Shown here one piece after another: positions 12,649 through 23,884 of a stretch of DNA of 64,000 nucleotides (the stretch's first letter is position 1; each line of letters opens with the position of its first letter). The DNA lies in assembly GCA_047495785.1 (NCBI GenBank), contig JBLDXI010000021.1, positions 310,001 to 374,000 of the forward strand. Direction: 5' to 3'. A program made the translations under genes and the position numbers. Below the pieces are notes generated by a model, which was not told the origin of the DNA, ran no database searches, and saw only the letters and a list, made by a program, of their open reading frames with translations. This DNA comes from Lepidodermella squamata (lineage: Eukaryota > Animalia > Gastrotricha).

Positions 12649-14101
12649 GTATTATTACGAGCTGTGCGAATTTCAAGCTGTGATTAAAATCATACTTTAT
12701 TAGTTTTTTTTTCATCGATTTCAAAAACTCTAGTTTCTTCCTTGTCAAAAAAGCGGGCGCTTTTGTTGAGTGAGTGAGTGAGTATTATTAACGTTCGACT
12801 TCGAGAAAGTGTGAGAGCTATTATGACTGATTGAATGGCGTGTAGTGCCAAATAATCGAGCCATGGGTTCGAAATTGAGCTAGTACCTTAAAAATCGCGG
12901 AGAACTATGCAAGAAGACTCAATTGCACACCCGGTTTGTTGTTGTTCTTTGTTGTTGTGTTGTGCCGCCGCGTTGATGGAGATATTTGAATTGAACCCTC
13001 TAAAAAAATTGTTATTTTTCATCCGCCTTACTTGTCGTCACCCGAATTCAAAACTGTTATTTTGTGACCCCTTTGAAGAAATTATATATATGATATATAT
13101 TTATTGCACTATTTGCTGATTATTCCCAGAATCTCTTTATTTTATTTCAACATTGTATTCTGGCTATGGAAAACTGCTAACCGCCCCCCAAAGATTTTAT
13201 TTATACCTTGATGTTACGTTTTATTTTTTTGAAACGCCTTAAATTATATTTCTTGCACCACGGAACAAAATCTTCAAATTTTACGATATCTGAAATTATT
13301 TCAAAAGTATTGTTATTTTTTCCTTATCTTTTCTGCGTCCAAAAAATCTCTGATACTTGGAGTTATTTGCAGAGTTCTTTCCTTACGTTGCTGCTTTTGT
13401 GTCGCTTGAAGGGTGAAACCTATGGCAAATTGTTGTTTGTGTGCCAAAATGCCGAAAAATAATCGAATTCACCTGTCTTTTTTTGTTCGCAAAGAAGTGA
13501 TAGCACGTGATTAGTAAGTATGCTATGTTTTCAGAATCGAATTGCTGCGCTCAAATTTTTTTTGCTTCACGGAAACTTGCTAAAAATTTATTTGCGAAAT
13601 CGAATGAAAATGATAGCGTGAAGAGTGTTGTACAATACAAAAGTATTCAAGCCGGAAAATGTATCTGAACATTGTTTTCATTGTGGTGATATTACTGTAT
13701 TAAGCGCACGGTTGTTATGTTTTGTTTCACTATCATCTCATCAAAAACTGTTATCGATATAAAAGAATAATAAATTTGCTGATGCGTAAAAACTGTTAAC
13801 TTTTTATAAGGTGGATTTTAAAATTTCGGGGTCAGGGATAATAATTAGCATGAAGCCACATTATTTGTTTATTCACTCATTGTTTTGGCGTTGAAACGCG
13901 CACATTCACAACAAAGCCACCTGACCTCGCTACAACAAAGCTGCAGAGAGATTAGCGCACGTAACTGCAGTCGTTTTATTTGCCTAGGTAGCTGAACAGC
14001 ACACTTGACACGCTGCAACAGAATTACAGTGGCGGCGTTATTTCAGCAAAAGATGAAGACATTTTATCTCTGAGAAGAGTCTTTAACATAGCGGCGTAGA
14101 T

Positions 14102-15613
14102 ATGCCTGCGTACGGCGGCTGCTATGCTCAGCCTAGAGCCCTGGCGCCGCTGTTTTTGCTGTCATTTCTAGTCCTAATCGCGCTCTTCTTCCTAATATCC
14201 AGCGATTCAAACTCGGAAAACCAGTCACCTGAACAACAAATCGCACCTCATCACTCTCAGCCAAATGTCTCCGTCATTCACCCAATCCCTGAAATTCCAG
14301 TCAATGTCCCGGAGAAAGACAGGTTTCATTATTTTCCCCCCATTTCCCGCGAAAATAAAACTGAGCTTTTTATGCAGGAAAGTCATATTTTTAGGGACAA
14401 ATTTTTTCGGTGAGCCTTTCAACTTCAAAGACATGCCGCAAGCTTGCAAGGTGTCTAGCGACCTGAGCGATAAGGCAACAGCCGATGCCGTAGTAGTTCA
14501 CGCCCTCGAAACGCCGCAGGAAATGTCAGAAAAATCGACTGAAAATCGCGAACAATTTGGCGTAAAAAACCCGAATCAAGTTTGGGTTGGCATCATGTAT
14601 GAGTCATCGCACATTTACCCTCATATAACCGGGAATTTCAACTGGACGATGACTTTTCGACGAGACAGCGATATTTACTCGCCGTATTGCGGTAAATTTG
14701 AACTGGCGCCGAAGGGCAGAGCGATGGTGGACCTGGAACCCCGGTTTGAAGAATTTCGAAAAAGCGGTTCGCGGCGAAAACGAGTCGCGTGGATGGTATC
14801 GAACTGTCAAGATGAAAATCTACGGCTAAGCTACGCCTTGGAATTGGGCCGCTACATTGACGTTGACATTTACGGGAGATGTTCGCCGAGAGGGCTTGAA
14901 TGTAAGCGACAAATAAATTTATCCTTTCAATATTCAAAGTCGGATGAAATTTGTAGGTGACAGAGGAGGAACGAAATGCTGGGAAATGGTCGCCTCCCAA
15001 TATAAATTTTATTTGTCTTTCGAGTCGACTCTATGCAAGGACTATATCACTGAGAAATTTTACACTCCGATGTACTTTGGCGTTCTGCCTATTGTTTACG
15101 GCGGATCTTCGCAAGCGGACTATCGAGCCATTGCCCCGGAACATTCCTACATCGACACTCGAGATTTTGAATCTCCCAAGGAACTTGCCAATTATTTACA
15201 CAAGTTGGACGCGTCACCTGAGCTTTATGAAGCTTACTTCACCTGGCGGAAAAGTTACGTAGTTCAAACGAATCGGTCTTTCATTGGGCAGGATGAATTA
15301 TGCGGGAAACTTTGGAACCTGGATCAATATCGGAAAGCTGGATCGTCCAAGGTTTCATTTAATCTATTTAAATTGGCAGTGATATCCTGGATTTTTCTTT
15401 TTCTTGTAGAATTTCAAGGAATGGTGGAAAGGTGGAGGAGGCTGCGTGGCTCCCAACTACAAACCATCGACTTGGGGTTTCTTGCTGTTGAAATTAGTTT
15501 CAATTGGAGTCTGCATTTCAACAGTGGGCTATCTCATTCGAGCTTTTTTGCTGCGCTCCCTTGCTCGACAAAGGTATCATCTTCATCGAAGTTCCATACC
15601 TTATCAATTGTGA
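14102..15613 (+). CDS. Alpha-(1,3)-fucosyltransferase 3 (GT10); exons 14102-14322, 14378-14901, 14957-15351, 15410-15613
   Basis: N-terminal TM; MYESS, FNWTMTFRRDSDI, VAWMVSNC, YKFYLSFESTLCKDYITEKF. Three 55-58 nt introns; last exon NFKEWWKGGGGC...YQL*. Confidence 0.9.
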
Positions 15614-16136
15614 CCCGAAAATTATTTTATTCACTCAAATAGCATGATCGACGTTGGAATCGCTTGACGCTGGAAATGATCTGTTTTTTTTGTTGCCGAT
15701 TGATTAATGCAATTTTTAAATAAAGCCGATTGATTTTCGCTCATATGACGCTTCGAGGATAACGTAACTTATTCAAGAAACAGAGATTCTTATCAAGCAT
15801 AATGCTTATCAGGCGGCAATTTTTTACGCTTCACTGGTGTCAGCCATTGACCCACGTGAGACGAACAGCTAAATGATATTGGTATGGCCTGAGGGGTAAG
15901 TGGCAGACATTAATAGAGGCCAAATTTTTAGTAAAGAACCACGCGAAACAGCTGGTTGTAGGCATGATTACGTGCTGTGATACATTTTTGTTTGTTTTAT
16001 ATTAAAACTACTTGCTTTAAGTTTCATTTTTTTGCTGAAAAAATGAACTGACCTCGGACTTGCACTTATCACAATAGAAATAACTATTATCCAAGCAGTT
16101 TTCAGACGCAGACATCAGCATTTTGTCTTTTTTTAG

Positions 16137-18584
16137 ATGATTTTTTCGATATTTACAGCGCTTGTTGTCCTGCAAACATCGTTTGCTCTGGAATCTTCAT
16201 CTTATTCGCAAACCTATAAACAATGGATGAATTCAGCCTATCATATGCAGTTGGATCCAAGTTCTGCATTCGAGCAATGGCACCACGAAATTGATTCTCA
16301 ACAAGAAATAGCGAGAGACCTTGCTGCTTTCGTAACCTTTCACGGTTCCCCGGCTAGTTTCTTATATCGAATGGCGTTGGAAAACGATGAAAATGGCTTG
16401 AAACTGTTATTTCCAAAGTTGAAAAATGAAAACTGCCAAGGTGACCTCATTCGAATTTTATTGTCCTTGATAACGAAAAACAAACTTCCGGCCATCAAAT
16501 TTCTCGATGCCCAGGCTAAAATACCAGCAGGCTTGATCGATGGCAATCTTCATTGGTTCGGAGCTTGGGACGAATGCCTGTCTCTCGAATTTACAAATCG
16601 AACGGGCCAAGTGCATAACGTTGGCCAATACTGCCTGGTGCCAATCGGCTCAGCTCTACAATTAGGGCTTTGCTTACCTGACTCTTGCGATCGAGATGAC
16701 ATTGTCTCCATTGTCGCTGCAGTCGACAAAGTGGCTCATAACAACAAATATCACAATATTACAAAATTTAACATTACTACATCGCGCGAGGCAATCATGT
16801 GCAACGATCCGAATCCACCCTATTCGACATACTTTACCGTCGCCGTGACCATCTCGTCGATTCTGTTGCTGCTCAACGTTCTTTCAACTGGGTTTGACAT
16901 CGCGAAAAGACTGAAACTTCCTTGCCTTGCCTCGAAGGATATCGTTAATATCGATCAACCTTTGGTTTTCAACGATGAAGACGCTGACCCGCAGCTTGTC
17001 AGCGAAATATCGCAAGCGCCGTATTTCCAGCCTAAAGATTCTAACGGATCTAGAGTAGTCGTCAAAAGCCAAATCGACGAGTACCTATTATCTTTTTCAA
17101 TTATCAAAAATGGAGCGAAGTTACTCGACACAACCCCAGCCACGATTCGCCGAACTCCCCATACGCTGAGATTCCTTCACGGATTGAAAGCGCTGTCGAT
17201 GTGGTGGGGAATTTTAGGCCATCTTATCCTGCTATCTGTCCGAGCTGGGGTCATTGATAATCCCCGTTATATTTTGGTGCTATTCCAGGACTACGCTTTC
17301 ATATGCCAAATAATTTTGCATTCCCTCTACGCGCCGGACACATTTCTATTAATTGCCGGGTTTCTGATTGGTTACCTAACGATTCGCCGACTGGATAAGT
17401 TGGATTTCACCCCTCCGTTCGCTGTGAAAGAGTTTTTCAAATTTATCGGAGGTTATTACCTGCATCGGTGGCTGAGACTGACCCCGACCTACGCGTTTTG
17501 TTTACTCATCTACCTCGGCGTAGTGCCTTACTTCATGCATGGCCCAGCCTGGCACCAGGCTCCGGACCCAACGTGTGTTGACAACCTGAGTTGGTGGAAG
17601 AATTTGCTCTACGTCAACAATTTAATTGATCACGAAAATATCTGCTTGCCTTGGACTTGGTACATATCAGTCGATGTTCAGTTGTTTTTGATCAGCCCGA
17701 TTCCTTTACTAGCGTTCTATTGGCGACCTATTGCCGGCTGGATTGTTACGCTGGCGATTGTTTTCTTCTCGTCCCTTAGCAACGGTTTGATGGCAGCAAA
17801 GGTACATATAAATGAAACCCAGAATTTTTATGAATTTTTAAAATTTAGTACAACATTTACGGAGCTCCGCTGGCACTTGTGATCAATAACAGCAGCATGC
17901 CGTACGATGTTACGGAATTTAAGGAGCAATTTATTGGCGATTTCTTCACCATGCCCTGGAATCGGGCGACTTGTTGGGCCATTGGACTGGCTTTCGGCTG
18001 CGCACTCAACCGCATGCCTCCTTCATTTGCGAACCCCCGTCTTCAGGGCAGAACGTTCCGCATCGTAAGTAAAATCAGATGTTTCATAGATTGAAAACAA
18101 TTTCGAACTTTGATTATAGGTGATCGGAGTCGCCGGCTGGATTACGTCTTTCGTTCTCGGCTTTCTGATGGTTTTCGGAATGTGGCCTGTTTACCGTGGC
18201 CAATATGCTCTACCTGACGTCATCTCCCACCTGTACTGGGCCGGCTCTCGAGTCGCGTGGGGAATCGCCCTAACTTGGCTAATCTACGCCTGCATCACTG
18301 GGATATTTCCGGGTAATGTCATTCGCAAACTGTTGGCTTCAAGCACTCTCGTCGTGCTATCCCGGCTGACTTTCGCCGCCTACCTGATGCACCCGTTCTT
18401 GATACGGCTGTACCTGTGGACGATGCGGAACCCTTACCACGTGTATGGCATGGAGCTGATTTACCTGTACATAGCATCAGGATTTTTCACCTTCCTATGT
18501 GTTCCTATTGTGACTGTGATGGTTGAAATGCCATTTGCTAACTTGGAACGATTAATTTTTCATAGACACTCGCATAAGGATTGA
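16137..18584 (+). CDS. NRF-6-like O-acyltransferase 3; exons 16137-17801, 17849-18064, 18120-18584
   Basis: Signal peptide; DAQAKIPAGLIDGNLHWFGAWDEC; HGLKALSMWWGILGH, HRWLRLTP, WTWYISVDVQLF, VEMPFANLE. Same two intron positions as paralog 2. Confidence 0.9.
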
Positions 18585-18762
18585 TCAGTGTGATTATAGC
18601 TATCGAGTCAGATCGGATTCAAGTCAACTTGTGATTTAAAACAGAGTAATTGTCAGTAATAGATTTTTCAAATAAAAACTCGATAATTTTTAGTAGTATC
18701 ATTGCACAATTTTATTTCACTAATTGTTTAATATTTAATAATGAGAAGATCTGAAAAATCAA

Positions 18763-18828
18763 CGGTACGGTGACAAAACAGCAACGTCGCAGAACAGCGA
18801 ATGCGACAAAACAGCAAATAACAGCTAT
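18763..18828. repeat. Partial copy (one arm) of the MITE at 23720-23884
   Basis: cggtacggtgacaaaacagcaacgtcgcagaacagcgaatgcgacaaaacagca is nearly identical to 23720-23772. Confidence 0.75.
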
Positions 18829-19352
18829 AATGCGATTGCAATTAGAAAAGAGATTGCATGAAATTGTCAAAGATCAAACGATATTCACTGTGTCATGTGG
18901 ATAAATTCAACGCTTTTAAGGTGGAACTTTGTTCAAGGTGAACCGGCATCGACGATGTCTGCAAGTCCTGCGGCGAAGGGCGAACTAGCAGCTGAATTGT
19001 TTTCATCGTCATCATCGCTCATTTTATCAGCCTTATTCTCAGCATCTGAGCCGCTTTCTGACGACATCACAACTGACTTCAACTTTGAATGATGGATGCT
19101 AATCACATGGCTGCGTTATATGTACCTATCAAAATTCTAGTTGTTCGTGTGCCAACGGTTTTTGCACCCCAGGATTGCGAAGTTTACTTGATTTAAAATT
19201 TCTCGCCCTAAAGAATTATCAACAACCAATGGCGTGCTCCGTTCTTATATTTAAACAGTATAAAATGGAGAGATATGTCCGTAAAAATGACTTTTATTGT
19301 TGAAGCTGTGTAAAAAAAAACCGAGGTAATTCACTGATCAAGTCGCTCAGGT

Positions 19353-20827
19353 TTAGAGGGCAGCATAGCGCGACGAACTCGGAACAGCTCGGTAATCAGT
19401 GACTTTTTTCGCCAGCTGCATGTCGGTTCTATTGAGTCCTCGTGTACGAAACGAATCATTAAATCCATTGCCGAAAATCATGTCGGGAAGCGGGAATGCT
19501 TGCTTCTGATGAACTTGAGCCTCGGCTGCGTCAAAAGAGAGGCGTTTACCCATTCTCGCGTTAAGCGCTGTCACTTTTTGCGATCCTAGTTATACAAATA
19601 ATATGAGTTAACGGGCAAGGTGACCAATTATTGCATAATTCAATGGGAAGAAATCAATCAGATTCCTTCAATCAAACTGCGCCAAGAGTAAACGAAGTGA
19701 TTAAATTTAAAGTGTTTCGTCTGTTTCGTATGTAATGAGTAAATAATTCGCATCGGAGAATTCGATGAACATATTTTGGATATACCTATCTTTCAAATAA
19801 TATTCAAAAACATCAATTTTCGATAATCAATGCTGAAAATTTTTAGAGTTTTACCGCTGGAGTATGCCGTGGAAAATAAATTCGGATTCCGATTTCCCGA
19901 AGCCGCGTTAACCAGGACCCCGTCAACCCTACACCCCTGTCTCGATTTAACCCTTTCACGGCGGGAAGGACGATTTCGGAATTTCGACTTTGCTAATTCA
20001 CAGTTCCATCAATTTAACGAATTTGTCCATTATAATTGGCAAAATACTACTTTCGGATGTTGCCTACAAGAATCCGAAAGTCAAATTTAGTTATCTCTTC
20101 CCCTCTTGGAATACGATCAATTTTAAAATTTCAAACCGATGCACGTTTTTCTTATTTTTTTTCAATCGAGTAAACCAATGTCTTGGGTATTTTTCCGGGT
20201 CTATCTGACTTCACAGGCGTGTCCGGCAGGGTTTAATTGACTACCCAGTTTGTTTTTTAGAAATTCCATGAAAAAATGACAGCACAATACCCTGGCTGAC
20301 GATTTCTATGAATTCATCCGGATGAATGTAAATTTGAAAAAATAGCGGAATTGAAAATTTTAGTGGCGCATATTTTAGTGAAAATATGCGCATCAGGCCT
20401 TAGAATAGCATGTGGTTGCCGATTTTCCGATTCCTTCCTTAATTTGCTAGAAATTTAAAAAATTCGATTTTTTTGCTTGGCTGAAAAAAAATTACGCCGT
20501 GAAAGGGTTAAAACCTGCTACATTTCATTGGTTCGTTTTTAGACGACACATTACACATTATATACGACATCCGCAAGATTAGTGCAAGGTTCATAGTTCA
20601 TAGTTCGTAGTTCATAAAAAAAACAAATAAAGCACCAGTTTTGCCAAAGACAACGCTGATTTTCCATAAATGCGAAAAAAGTGAACATGGGCAGAGGCAG
20701 ACAGCATTATTTCCATTGACTTACTTTTATCATGTGGTCGCTCACTGCTCGAAGTTCCAACTTTGTGAGCAGCCGAAGATGTGATGTGTCGATTTGTCAC
20801 ATCAGCCCGTGAACTACCTGAGCCCAT
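19353..20827 (-). CDS. Putative 111-aa orphan protein with N-myristoylation motif; exons 20827-20725, 19585-19353
   Basis: MGSGSSRADV... exon ends at a GTAAGT donor (phase 1) and joins in frame to the exon after a 'ataactag' acceptor. The intron contains the piggyBac-type MITE. Confidence 0.5.
19951..20507. mobile_element. Non-autonomous piggyBac-type element (MITE)
   Basis: Perfect 13-bp TIR CCCTTTCACGGCG...CGCCGTGAAAGGG, flanked by TTAA at 19947-19950 and 20508-20511. Confidence 0.88.
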
Positions 20828-21397
20828 GCTTATTTTTGCGATTTCCAAAATTTCAGAAAAAAATATTGGAAAGTGACTGAGTGGCTGAAATATATAACGA
20901 GCGAAGTGATGAATTGCCTAGCAACAACCGTGTGAAACTATTCAGAAAAACGCCTTCATCCTTGAAAATGTGCGGCGGATCTTTCAAGTGGTTTGTTCCA
21001 GAATATGATGAAAAGAATTCGGTGCAGTTTGATTTATTGAGTATCGGCATCAATTAAAGCTGCGCTATCTTGGTATACTGATATTATGATGATCTAATTT
21101 CTACCTACGCTCAAATTTACTGCTGCCCAAAAAATAGTTCAAAGCGTCACATTTTATTATTTGCTGAGAAACGGTACAGGATAAACGACATCTTTTTCAG
21201 TCGAAAAATGAGCGTTGTTTGAAATTCAGCGCACGCCTAAAATGATGCCGCTCCTGCCCCTTTCATTGCTCAAAATAACTTGAGCAGGGTCTCGGATGTT
21301 AATTAATCAGCGCATAACAGGTAAAGCGCTCAAATAAATTACGCATGTAAGAATTGAAACAAACACTTAGTTCGAAGTCTTTCATTGAATGTTTGTG

Positions 21398-21726
21398 TCA
21401 AATATATTCATCGACGATGTCAAGTAGAGCCTGCTTTTGGAGTCGCACTTCTTTGGCGGTTTTTCTCACCAGATACCATTTATACAACAAAATACCAGCA
21501 ACTATAGCCTTTAAATTTAAAAAATATACTGCTTATTTTCTGTAATTCATGACTATTGCTTCTTACCATAAATAATGCGATTACTGAAACGGGTGCGACG
21601 TGCCAAAACAGATTGGTGTACTTCTGAGCAGCAACTTCCAAATTCTTCTTCCCATGCCTTAGCAGACAATAATAAATGTAAAAAAATGAGAAATCTTAAC
21701 ACTCACTGATCTGTGTTCTCTGACAT
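21398..21726 (-). CDS. Putative 73-aa single-pass membrane microprotein; exons 21726-21707, 21657-21567, 21508-21398
   Basis: Spliced product MSENTDQHGKKNLEVAAQKYTNLFWHVAPVSVIALFMAIVAGILLYKWYLVRKTAKEVRLQKQALLDIVDEYI*. Donors GTGAGT and GTAAGA; introns 49 and 58 nt; both acceptors are AAG (less common). Confidence 0.55.
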
Positions 21727-22227
21727 TTTACTCGAAATTTCTGGAAATAGGAGTTGAATAGCTAAAACACTAGGTACTAATTAGCAACAGTATCAATGAA
21801 TCGCAATGATGCGTTCATTTTCTGAAAAATATTTGCTAGCATATTTGTTTTTTCAGATGTTCAGGCGTCAGTCCCTAGATTGCACTCCGACACTACTGGA
21901 TACTATTATTATTTCGTATTATTAGTATTATTTTGCGCTCGTGTATTTGTCGCACTTGTCACATCTTATGCGTTCAAATCAGCGACATACACCGTCTTTT
22001 CGCCATATACTGTTTACCTAATCATTTTCACGTGCAAATAAAAAACGCAAGTCATGGCAACGTGTTTCTTTATTATATCCGTCTTTCAAATTTTATAAAA
22101 TAGGTTAAAACCTTCGCTCACGCGACTAGAATCATGAGTTCTTAAAATCGTGAAAGTTCAAACATTTCACACGATCAACGCGACCAACTTCGATAGAAAA
22201 GGGTCTCAAAAATGGGCTTGAAAAATT

Positions 22228-22400
22228 TGTAGACCAGATTACGCACAATTGTAGACCACTCAAGGTGGTGCGTAGACCAAAAGGGTGCGCGCGCAGACCA
22301 AACGCAACAGCTGTAGACCAGCACGCACACTTGTCGACCAAACTGTTAAATTGTAGACCATTCAAAAATTTAATTGTAGACCAACGTGTATATCGGCTAA
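22228..22400. repeat. Array of GTAGACCA motifs (about 8 degenerate copies), probable transposon subterminal repeats
   Basis: Repeated gtagacca/gtcgacca/gcagacca at ~20-25 nt spacing; inverted counterpart at 24330-24450. Confidence 0.6.
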
Positions 22401-23051
22401 TTTTGGCTAATTTCCATGCCTTTGACGATTTTAAACCTTCAATTATCCTTTGAGCTATCAGGCGAAGAGCTGTCCAGTGAAGAATCGGCCGAGGAGCCTT
22501 TTACTGCCGAGGCTATAGAAAATCAGGTTGATGAGGAGGCTGATTGTTTAGAGGCAATCGTCAAGCAGACAGTCGAGGCGGACGAGTTGGCCTATAAACA
22601 AACCCCACACCATTGGGGTTTGTTTATAGGCATATATTATAACAAAGATTCCGAGGCCTGATTTCCTGAAGGCAAATAATTGGCGAAATGGCATGACAGA
22701 AGCCTACTGCTATTGCGATTGTGCGGGCAGAAGCGTGTGCCGCAACCAGTTGAAAACAGTCGAAACACCGTCAGCCGTTGTCGTTTTCACTAAGTCGATT
22801 GCTCACCAGCGAAATCAGCAGCAGTGTCCACACTTAATGATCAAGTTAAGCAGCTGATTCGCAACGCATTTATTGCACCAATCACGCGCAATCCACCCAT
22901 TTCATCCAATCTTCAAACAGCACGCGCACACGCACGCACCCGCTGCGCACCTCGACACGCACCCCCGCGCGACGTCTGAGACAGTTTGCCGTGTTTTACA
23001 GCCGACGGATCAAGGGATTATCTGTATTGGAGTGTTTACACGCCGGTTTAG

Positions 23052-23514
23052 GGTATGCCTGTACATGCACAAACGATTTTGCACAAAAGACACTGCACAA
23101 AAATACTTGCACAAAAGACATTGCGCAAACACACTTGCACAAAATTTTTTGCACAAACGCGATTTTTCTAGCTAGTTCGATTCGTCTTTGAAAATGACAT
23201 ACAGGGAATATAACATAGTCGCATAATCCCTTATAAAAGATGAATTAGTAGTTTAACATAAGTTCGATGTATAAAAATACTCTGCGTTTTGAAACAAATC
23301 ACACGTTTCAAATCAAACTACTTCCCTATATTTTATAAGTGAATACATGAATATATATTCCCTGTATGTCATTTTCAAAGACGAATCGAACTAGCTAGAA
23401 AAATCGCGTTTGTGCAAAAAATTTTGTGCAAGTGTGTTTGCGCAATGTCTTTTGTGCAAGTATTTTTGTGCAGTGTCTTTTGTGCAAAATCGTTTGTGCA
23501 TGTACAGGTAAATC
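23052..23514. mobile_element. Mutator-like foldback MITE with ~155-bp near-perfect TIRs
   Basis: Arms ~23058-23212 and ~23354-23508 are reverse complements and carry internal tgcacaaa repeats. 9-bp direct repeat CCGGTTTAG at 23043-23051 and 23515-23523; G...C termini. Confidence 0.9.
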
Positions 23515-23719
23515 CCGGTTTAGCTACTAGCTGCGTGAATAAGAGCTACGGACCGTGTCCGGTCATTGAACTGGGTCGCCGCATGAACGCGCTACCTACA
23601 ACTGCAACAACAAATCAAAATAGCTAAAACTTATCCCAGGATTTTTTAAGAAATCAGCAATTTGCGATATTATTATAGGACTAATTTCAAGTGATCGGAA
23701 TTGAAAGATGCGTCGACCG

Positions 23720-23884
23720 GGTACGGCGACAAAACAGCAACTTCGCAGAACAGCGAATGCGACAAAACAGCATATTTTTTATTTCGCGACAAAACAGCGA
23801 AAACTTACTATGTAAAAGATGAATCGTGTTTCTACTGTTTTGTCGCGTATGCTGTTTTGGGTATTTGCTGTTATGACGGTCTGC
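23720..23884. mobile_element. Small Mutator-like MITE (gacaaaacagc family)
   Basis: Imperfect inverted arms (cgacaaaacagc / ctgttttgtcg); 9-bp direct repeat CGTCGACCG at 23711-23719 and 23885-23893; partial second copy at 18763. Confidence 0.75.

Noticed and set aside
12815-12880. tRNA/SINE-like B-box (GGTTCGAA)
   Set aside because: No cloverleaf or convincing A-box could be built.
15352-15642. ORF-track C-terminus of FucT3 (…VSFNLFKLAVISW…)
   Set aside because: It reads through a 58-nt GT-AG intron; the spliced frame restores the conserved WW...C motif.
2588-18584. Horizontal transfer of a bacterial O-antigen modification locus
   Set aside because: The genes have spliceosomal introns, the animal-type NRF domain and type II Golgi anchors; the resemblance to bacterial loci is functional analogy only.
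18935-19110. Minus-strand acidic mini-ORF (MSSESGSDAENKADKMSDDDDENN…)
   Set aside because: Coding-like, but I could not link it to a convincing upstream exon or family; left uncalled.
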